A DNA stretch of 47,615 nucleotides, from contig CAZLUX010000006.1 of the NCBI GenBank assembly GCA_964562815.1, positions 1 to 47,615 of the forward strand, given 5' to 3'. The translations under genes were made by a program, and so were the position numbers. Position 1 is the first letter of the stretch. Every line of letters begins with the position of its first letter. Origin of the DNA: an uncultured Enterobacteriaceae bacterium (GTDB lineage: Bacteria; Pseudomonadota; Gammaproteobacteria; Burkholderiales; SG8-39). Below are positions 41,399 through 47,615 of this stretch, in pieces. A model generated the notes under the pieces. That model saw only the letters and a list, made by a program, of their open reading frames with translations, was not told where the DNA came from and ran no database searches.

Positions 41399-42970
41399 AT
41401 GAGTTATCAAGTTCTTGCCCGCAAATGGCGGCCGCGTGACTTCGGGAGCCTCGTCGGGCAGGAACACGTGGTGCGCGCGCTGCGCCACGCCCTGGAAGCC
41501 GGGCGGCTGCACCACGCCTATCTGTTTACCGGCACCCGTGGCGTGGGCAAGACCACACTGGCGCGGATCCTCGCCAAGTGCCTCAATTGCGAGAAGGGCG
41601 TCACGGCGGATCCCTGCGGCAAGTGCAGCGCCTGCACGGAAATCGACGCGGGGCGATTCGTCGACCTGCTCGAGGTGGATGCGGCGACCAACACCCGCGT
41701 CGACGAGATGCGGCAACTGCTCGATACCGCCCAATACGCCCCGACTCGCGGGCGCTACAAGGTGTACGTCATCGACGAAGTGCACATGCTCTCGAACTCG
41801 GCGTTCAACGCGATGCTCAAGACGCTGGAGGAACCGCCCGAGCACCTGAAGTTCATCCTGGCGACCACCGACCCGCAGAAGATCCCGGTGACGGTGCTTA
41901 GCCGCTGCCTGCAGTTCAACCTCAAGCAGATGCCGCGAAGCGCCATTGCCGCCCACCTCGAGCAGCTCCTGCGGGCGGAAGGCATCGAGTTCGAGGCCGC
42001 TGCGCTGCCTCTGATCGGTCGCGCGGCGTCCGGAAGCATGCGCGATGCGCTCTCGCTGCTCGATCAGGCGATCGCGCACGGAGCCGGCCGGGTCGCGGCG
42101 GACGACGTGCGCGAAATGCTCGGCGCCATCGACGAAACCTACCTGCTGCGGCTGCTCGAGGCGGTCGCGGGCGATCGGGCCGCAGACGTGATGTCGATTG
42201 CGGCCGATATGCAGGCGCGCAGCCTGTCTTTCGATACGGCGCTGGCCGACCTCGCCGGCCTGTTGTTGCGCGTTGCGCTCGCACAGGCCGTCCCCGGCGC
42301 GCTGGAAGAAGATTTGCCGGAGCGCGAGAGGATCCTGGGGCTGGCGGAGCACCTCGACCCCGAAACGGTGCAGCTCCAGTACGAGATCGCACTGCAGGGC
42401 AGGGACGAGCTTTCGCTCGCCCCCGATGAGCATGCGGGATTCGTCATGACGCTTCTGCGCATGCTCGCGTTCCGCCCGGAGAACTGCGCCGCTGCAGAGA
42501 AAGCGGTCCCGGAGAAGCCGGCGTCCGGAGCGGCGCCTGGCCGCCGCACGAAGCCAGCGGGGGCGACGCCGCAGCCGGACGAGGAAGCGTTCTGGCCGAA
42601 CTTGGTGCGCCAGCTTCAAATCACCGGGGCGGCGCGCGAGCTGGCGCGAAATGCCGAGCTGGCGCGGCACGAAGGCAGCGCCTTCGAGCTCGTGGTGCCC
42701 AAGTCGAAGAGCTATCTGGCGGAGAAGGCCTACCAGGACAAGCTCAGGGCGGCGCTCGAGCAGCATCTGGGCACGCGGGCGACGGTAAAGGTGGGGGTGG
42801 GCGAAACCAAGGGGCTGTCCACGGCAGCGATCGAGGCCGGAGAGCGCGAGATCAGACAGACAGAGGCCACGCGGGCGGTCCAGGCAGACCCGTTCGTGCA
42901 GGATCTGGTCAAGCTCTGCGATGCCAAGGTGATCGATTCGTCCATCAAGGCCACATCGAAGGATCAGTAA
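41399..42970 (+). CDS. dnaX: DNA polymerase III subunit gamma/tau
   Basis: [29 protein letters not shown] Walker A, zinc module [19 protein letters not shown], and [11 protein letters not shown]. Confidence 0.95.
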   Translation: MSYQVLARKWRPRDFGSLVGQEHVVRALRHALEAGRLHHAYLFTGTRGVGKTTLARILAKCLNCEKGVTADPCGKCSACTEIDAGRFVDLLEVDAATNTRVDEMRQLLDTAQYAPTRGRYKVYVIDEVHMLSNSAFNAMLKTLEEPPEHLKFILATTDPQKIPVTVLSRCLQFNLKQMPRSAIAAHLEQLLRAEGIEFEAAALPLIGRAASGSMRDALSLLDQAIAHGAGRVAADDVREMLGAIDETYLLRLLEAVAGDRAADVMSIAADMQARSLSFDTALADLAGLLLRVALAQAVPGALEEDLPERERILGLAEHLDPETVQLQYEIALQGRDELSLAPDEHAGFVMTLLRMLAFRPENCAAAEKAVPEKPASGAAPGRRTKPAGATPQPDEEAFWPNLVRQLQITGAARELARNAELARHEGSAFELVVPKSKSYLAEKAYQDKLRAALEQHLGTRATVKVGVGETKGLSTAAIEAGEREIRQTEATRAVQADPFVQDLVKLCDAKVIDSSIKATSKDQ

Positions 42971-43014
42971 CGAGGCTCCCGGTATTCCGGCGGCCGTACA
43001 GGCAGGAGAACGCG

Positions 43015-43338
43015 ATGCGAGGCAATATCGGCCAGCTCATGAAGCAGGCCCAGATGATGCAGGAGAACATGCGGCGCATGCAGGAGCAGCTTGCGAGCGT
43101 CGAGGTCGAGGGTCAGTCCGGTGCCGGACTGGTGAAGGTCGTGATGACCTGCAAGCACGACGTAAAGCGAGTCTCGATCGACCCCTCCCTGGTGGGCGAC
43201 GACAAGGAAATGCTCGAGGATCTCGTCGCGGCCGCGTTCAACGACGCGGCACGCAAGGTCGAAGAAACGGTGGCCGAGAAGATGAGCGGGATGACGAGCG
43301 GTCTGGGCCTGCCGCCTGGTTTCAAGCTCCCGTTCTAG
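43015..43338 (+). CDS. ybaB: nucleoid-associated protein YbaB/EbfC
   Basis: 107 aa with [23 protein letters not shown]... It sits in the conserved dnaX-ybaB-recR order. Confidence 0.92.
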   Translation: MRGNIGQLMKQAQMMQENMRRMQEQLASVEVEGQSGAGLVKVVMTCKHDVKRVSIDPSLVGDDKEMLEDLVAAAFNDAARKVEETVAEKMSGMTSGLGLPPGFKLPF

Positions 43339-43345
43339 AGCGCAA

Positions 43346-43957
43346 GTGGGAAACGAGGCGATACCGACTGCCAAGGGGGTCGAGCGGTTGGTCGAGGCGC
43401 TGCGCGTGCTGCCGGGGGTCGGGCCGCGCTCGGCCCAGCGCATGGCCTATTACCTGCTGCAGCACGACCGGGCCGGCGCGGATCTTCTGGCCCAGGCTCT
43501 GGCGGCCGCGCTCGCCGGCGTCAAGCACTGCGCCAAGTGCAACAACTTCACCGAGGACGAGGTCTGCGTTCTTTGCCGTTCGCCCCGACGCGACCCTTCA
43601 CTGCTTTGCGTGGTGGAAACTCCGGCGGACCTCGCCGTGGTCGAGCAGACGCTCAGCTATTCGGGGATGTACTTCGTCCTGATGGGCCACTTGTCCCCTC
43701 TGGACGGCGTCGGCGCGCGGGACATCGGGCTCGACCGACTCCTTGCGCGCGCCAGCGACGGTGAGGTGCAGGAGGTGATCCTGGCGACGAACTTCACCAA
43801 CGAGGGAGAGGCAACGGCCCACTACATCGCAGAGATGCTGCGCACGCGCAACATCAGGGCGAGCCGCATCGCGCGCGGCGTTCCGCTTGGGGGGGAGCTG
43901 GAGTACGTGGACGTCGGGACCATTTCCCAGGCCATTCTCGACCGCCGGGGGCTTTGA
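43346..43957 (+). CDS. recR: recombination protein RecR
   Basis: [17 protein letters not shown] helix-hairpin-helix, zinc finger [16 protein letters not shown], and a Toprim region, collinear with E. coli RecR. GTG start. Confidence 0.92.
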   Translation: MGNEAIPTAKGVERLVEALRVLPGVGPRSAQRMAYYLLQHDRAGADLLAQALAAALAGVKHCAKCNNFTEDEVCVLCRSPRRDPSLLCVVETPADLAVVEQTLSYSGMYFVLMGHLSPLDGVGARDIGLDRLLARASDGEVQEVILATNFTNEGEATAHYIAEMLRTRNIRASRIARGVPLGGELEYVDVGTISQAILDRRGL

Positions 43958-43985
43958 CGCAGGGCAGGGCAGGCGACCGATCTGC

Positions 43986-44015
43986 TTGAAAATACGGGCT
44001 GGCGCATGTGAGAAT
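43986..44015 (+). promoter_or_regulatory. candidate sigma70 promoter for the ABC transporter operon
   Basis: TTGAAA, then an 18-nt spacer, then TGtGAGAAT (an extended -10-like element) about 55 nt upstream of the ATG at 44069. Pattern match only. Confidence 0.35.
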
Positions 44016-44068
44016 CCCCGTCCGATTTACAGCGTCACTACAACAAGTACCTCAGGAGGAGAAAGCCC

Positions 44069-45094
44069 ATGAAAGCCGCCATTCGGTCTGTCGCCGCCGC
44101 CTTCGCGCTCGCGGGCGTCGCACTCTGCGCCCAGGCCCAGAAACTGGAAAAGCCCGACGTCCACATCGCGGTCGGAGGCAAGGCCGCGTTCTACTACCTG
44201 CCGCTCACGATTGCCGAGCAGCTCGGCTATTTCAAGGACGAGGGGCTCAACCTCAAAATCAGCGACTTCAGGGGCGGTTCGAAGGCGCTGGCGGCGGTGG
44301 TCGGCGGCAGCGCCGACGTCGTGTCGGGCGCCTATGAGCACACGCTCAACCTTCAGAGCAAGAAGCTGTATTTCCAGGCGTTCGCGCTGGAGGGCCGCCT
44401 GCCCCAGATCGTCCTCGGCGTGGCGACGGCGAAGGCGGCCAATTTCCACTCCTTCAAGGACCTCAAGGGCATGAAGGTCGGCGTCACCGCCCCCGGCTCC
44501 AGCACCAACAACCTGGTCAAGCAGCTCCTGACCAAGGCCGGACTTGATCCGAACAACGACGTGGCCATCGTGGGAGTCGGCACCGGCGCAACAGCGGTGG
44601 CGGCGATCAAGAGCGGAGAGATCGACGCGCTATCCAACGTCGATCCGGTGATGACCAAGCTAGAGCGCGAAGGCGCGATCAAGGTGGTTGCCGACACGCG
44701 CACGCTGAAAGGCACCAAGGAGATTTGGGGCGCGCCGCTGCCTGCGGGATGCCTTTACGCGCCGATCGAATTCGTGCGGAAGAACCCGCACACTGTCCAG
44801 GCGCTGACCAACGCGATCGTGCGGGCGGACAAGTGGATCGCCAAGGCGAGCGCGGACGACGTGGTGAAGGTCGTGCCCAAAGCGTATCTGCTTGGCGATG
44901 AGGATCTCTACAAGTCGACCTTCAACAACGTGAAAGAGGCGATCTCTCGCGACGGCACGATCTCTCCGGCCGGAGCGAAGGCGACGCTTGCGGCGCTGCG
45001 CAATTTCGTGCCTTCGGTCAAGGCGGCCAAGATCGACCTGTCGAAGACGTACACGAACAGGTTCGCGAAGAAGGCGAACGCCAAGTACAAGTGA
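44069..45094 (+). CDS. ABC transporter periplasmic substrate-binding protein (NMT1/SsuA/TauA-like, NitT/TauT family)
   Basis: Signal peptide MKAAIRSVAAAFALAGVALCAQA, a 341-aa length, and an operon with a matching ATPase and permease. AGGAGGAG lies upstream of the ATG. Confidence 0.82.
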   Translation: MKAAIRSVAAAFALAGVALCAQAQKLEKPDVHIAVGGKAAFYYLPLTIAEQLGYFKDEGLNLKISDFRGGSKALAAVVGGSADVVSGAYEHTLNLQSKKLYFQAFALEGRLPQIVLGVATAKAANFHSFKDLKGMKVGVTAPGSSTNNLVKQLLTKAGLDPNNDVAIVGVGTGATAVAAIKSGEIDALSNVDPVMTKLEREGAIKVVADTRTLKGTKEIWGAPLPAGCLYAPIEFVRKNPHTVQALTNAIVRADKWIAKASADDVVKVVPKAYLLGDEDLYKSTFNNVKEAISRDGTISPAGAKATLAALRNFVPSVKAAKIDLSKTYTNRFAKKANAKYK

Positions 45095-45894
45095 CCCCGG
45101 CCCTCGCGCTCGAGCGGATTACCTGCACGTTCGCCGCGCGCGAGGATCGGAGCAAGCGCTATACCGCGGTCAAGGACACGACGCTCGTTGTCGCACCAGG
45201 CGAGTTCGTGTCCGTCGTCGGGCCGACCGGGTGCGGCAAATCGACGCTGTTGAACGTCGCGGCAGGCTTGCTGGAGCCCTCGACCGGCAGCGTGACGGTC
45301 AATGGCGAGCCCCTGACCGGCATCAACCGGCACGCGGGCTACCTGTTCCAGGCCGACGCGCTGATGCCCTGGCGCAACGCGCTCGATAACGTGGTGGCAG
45401 GGCTCGAGTTTCAAGGTCTGCCGCGCGAGCAGGCGCGTCAAAAGGGCGAGCAGTGGCTCAAGCGCGTCGGCCTGGCGGGATTCGGCGACCGCTATCCACA
45501 CCAGTTGTCCGGGGGCATGCGCAAGCGCGTCGCGCTGGCGCAGACGCTCATTCTCGGGCCGCAGATCCTGCTGATGGACGAGCCGTTCTCGGCCCTCGAC
45601 ATCCAGACCCGGCAACTAATGGAAAACGAGCTGCTCGAGCTCTGGTCGGCAGACCGAAAATCGGTTGTCTTCATCACGCATGACCTGGAAGAGGCCATCG
45701 CCCTGTCCGACCGCGTGGTCGTGCTGTCGGCCGGACCGGAGACGCATCCGATCGGCGAGTTCGCGATCGATCTGCCGCGCCCGCGCGACGTCTCCGAAAT
45801 ACGATTGACGCCGCATTTCATAGAGCTCCACGGCGAAATCTGGCATCGCATGAAGAGCGAGGTGCTGAAGGGCTATGCGCAACAGCGGAAATGA
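45091..45894 (+). CDS. ABC transporter ATP-binding protein (NitT/TauT family)
   Basis: Walker A GPTGCGKST, signature LSGGMRKRVALA, and Walker B LLMDEPFSALD. The GTG start overlaps the upstream stop (GTGA). Confidence 0.9.
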   Translation: MTPALALERITCTFAAREDRSKRYTAVKDTTLVVAPGEFVSVVGPTGCGKSTLLNVAAGLLEPSTGSVTVNGEPLTGINRHAGYLFQADALMPWRNALDNVVAGLEFQGLPREQARQKGEQWLKRVGLAGFGDRYPHQLSGGMRKRVALAQTLILGPQILLMDEPFSALDIQTRQLMENELLELWSADRKSVVFITHDLEEAIALSDRVVVLSAGPETHPIGEFAIDLPRPRDVSEIRLTPHFIELHGEIWHRMKSEVLKGYAQQRK

Positions 45895-46723
45895 GCCACG
45901 CAAACGGCCGTTGAAGCCGGGCGGCCGCCGGATGAGGGCCTACCAGCTGCTGCTCGCTTTGGTGTTGCTGGCACTTTGGCAGGTCGCGACCAGTCCGACG
46001 CTGCTGCCGCCCATCTTTTTCGACGACCCGAACAAGGCGGCGTTCTTTTTCGGCGAACCCCTGAAGGCTGCCGTTCGGATCTGGGTCTGGTTCACGACCG
46101 GGGAAATCTACCGCCACCTGTGGGTGACGCTGATCGAGACATTGCTCGCTTTCGTCATCGGAACCGTCTCGGGTCTCGTGGTCGGGATCTGGCTGGGGCT
46201 CGCTCCCACCGCATCGGCTGTCTTCGATCCCTATATCAAGGCGGCGAATGCCATGCCGCGGGTGATCCTGGCGCCGATCTTTTTTCTCTGGTTCGGGCTC
46301 GGAATCGCCTCCAAGGTGGCCCTGGGGGTCACGCTGGTGTTCTTCATCGTCTTTTTCAACGTGTACCAGGGCGTGCGAGAGGTCAGTCCGGTGGTGCTGG
46401 CAAACGCCAGGATGCTGGGAGCGTCGCCGCGCCAGCTGCTTCGGTTCGTCTACCTGCCGTCGGCGATGAGCTGGGTGTTCGCAAGCCTCCACAATTCGGT
46501 GGGCCTGGCGTTCGTCGGCGCGGTGGTTGGCGAGTACCTGGGGTCGTCCGAGGGGGTCGGCTACCTCATCCAGCAAGCGGAGGGCGTGTTCGACATCAAC
46601 ACCGTGGTAGCCGGGATTGCCGTGCTGACGGCGTTCGCCCTGGCGCTGGACGGCATCGTTTCCCTCGCGGAGCGCCGGCTCATGGTCTGGCAACCGAAGA
46701 GCGGCGAGACCGAGCGTCTCTAG
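45875..46723 (+). CDS. ABC transporter permease (NitT/TauT family)
   Basis: Six hydrophobic segments and an EAA-like loop (ANARMLGASPRQLLRFVYLPSA). The start is either 45875 (20-nt overlap with the ATPase gene) or the in-frame ATG at 45932. Confidence 0.85.
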   Translation: MRNSGNEPRKRPLKPGGRRMRAYQLLLALVLLALWQVATSPTLLPPIFFDDPNKAAFFFGEPLKAAVRIWVWFTTGEIYRHLWVTLIETLLAFVIGTVSGLVVGIWLGLAPTASAVFDPYIKAANAMPRVILAPIFFLWFGLGIASKVALGVTLVFFIVFFNVYQGVREVSPVVLANARMLGASPRQLLRFVYLPSAMSWVFASLHNSVGLAFVGAVVGEYLGSSEGVGYLIQQAEGVFDINTVVAGIAVLTAFALALDGIVSLAERRLMVWQPKSGETERL

Positions 46724-46766
46724 CGGCAGGGGAGGCCGCGAGGGTAGAAATATCTTCCGAAGTTTG

Positions 46767-46796
46767 TTGACACTGATTCCACCGGATCGCTATAAT
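46767..46796 (+). promoter_or_regulatory. consensus sigma70 promoter driving tRNA-fMet and probably the rrn operon
   Basis: Perfect TTGACA (46767-46772), an 18-nt spacer, perfect TATAAT (46791-46796), and an A/T-rich upstream stretch. It lies 17 nt before the tRNA 5' end. Confidence 0.7.
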
Positions 46797-46812
46797 CTTT
46801 TTCTCACTCGGG

Positions 46813-46889
46813 CGCGGGGTGGAGCAGTCTGGCAGCTCGTCGGGCTCATAACCCGAAGGTCAGAGGTTCAAATCCTCTCCCCGCAACCA
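46813..46889 (+). tRNA. initiator tRNA-fMet (anticodon CAT)
   Basis: CGCGGGGTGGAGCAG...TCGGGCTCATAACCCGA...CCCCGCAACCA, with a C1/A72 mismatch and three consecutive G-C pairs in the anticodon stem. It is nearly identical in design to E. coli tRNA-fMet. Confidence 0.93.
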
Positions 46890-46902
46890 GCTCTTTAAAA
46901 AT
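46890..46902 (+). promoter_or_regulatory. boxA-like antitermination element in the rrn leader
   Basis: GCTCTTTAAAAAT resembles the rrn boxA consensus TGCTCTTTAACAA. It sits immediately after the tRNA. Confidence 0.5.
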
Positions 46903-47077
46903 TCGCAGCCGATAGGTGTGGGCGCTTGAATGGAAGGCGCCGAACATCCGGTTCATTGGATGTCGGTCGAACCATCTAGTGCTCGCATCACAGTAAACTC
47001 CGTTTACTTTGAGCGAGATGTTGGTGCAGCCCAAGTGGCTGTACCGGCGACCCGGCAGAAATGCCGGAACCAGCATT

Positions 47078-47615
<538 letters not shown>

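Noticed and set aside
41399-42970. Programmed -1 frameshift site in dnaX (E. coli-type A AAA AAG heptamer)
   Set aside because: I scanned the gene by eye and saw no AAAAAAG-type slippery run. I cannot claim gamma-subunit production by frameshifting here.

Overview
This window is high-GC chromosomal DNA from a betaproteobacterium. That call rests on the 16S 5' region at the right end and a gene order typical of Burkholderiales. It is dense core carbon metabolism, not an accessory island.

Left to right:
- An ABC permease tail, panE-like, msrA and hslR.
- A very compact nine-gene minus-strand operon: mdh-prpB-prpC-orf68-prpD-orf55-secreted thioredoxin-like-acnA-orf113.
- Divergent from it, gntR-sdhCDAB-sdhE-gltA-sucA-sucB-lpdA-eamA-zapE.
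- acuI-prpE-glcG-cupin, then sodB.
- A minus-strand fumA-MFS-HMG-CoA-lyase-like-CoA-transferase operon.
- acs, an orphan gene, and a DUF4212 + sodium:solute symporter pair.
- A YggT-like gene and a large exonuclease-CBS-DUF294 fusion gene.
- tRNA-Ser, SRP RNA, dnaX-ybaB-recR and a NitT/TauT-type ABC transporter.
- A consensus promoter driving tRNA-fMet and the start of an rrn operon, with a partial 16S.

I saw no CRISPR array, IS element, integrase, phage, toxin-antitoxin or recognisable defence genes.

The most unusual items:
1. The DEDDh exonuclease + CBS + DUF294 nucleotidyltransferase fusion next to the acetate-type symporter.
2. A possible mesaconate/citramalate-type operon built around a class I fumarase.
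3. Small ORFs and a secreted CxxC protein embedded in the methylcitrate operon. One ORF of 55 codons is absent from the supplied track.
4. A sharply AT-rich 70-nt patch inside lpdA.

All family calls come from motifs and remembered reference sequences. No searches were run.
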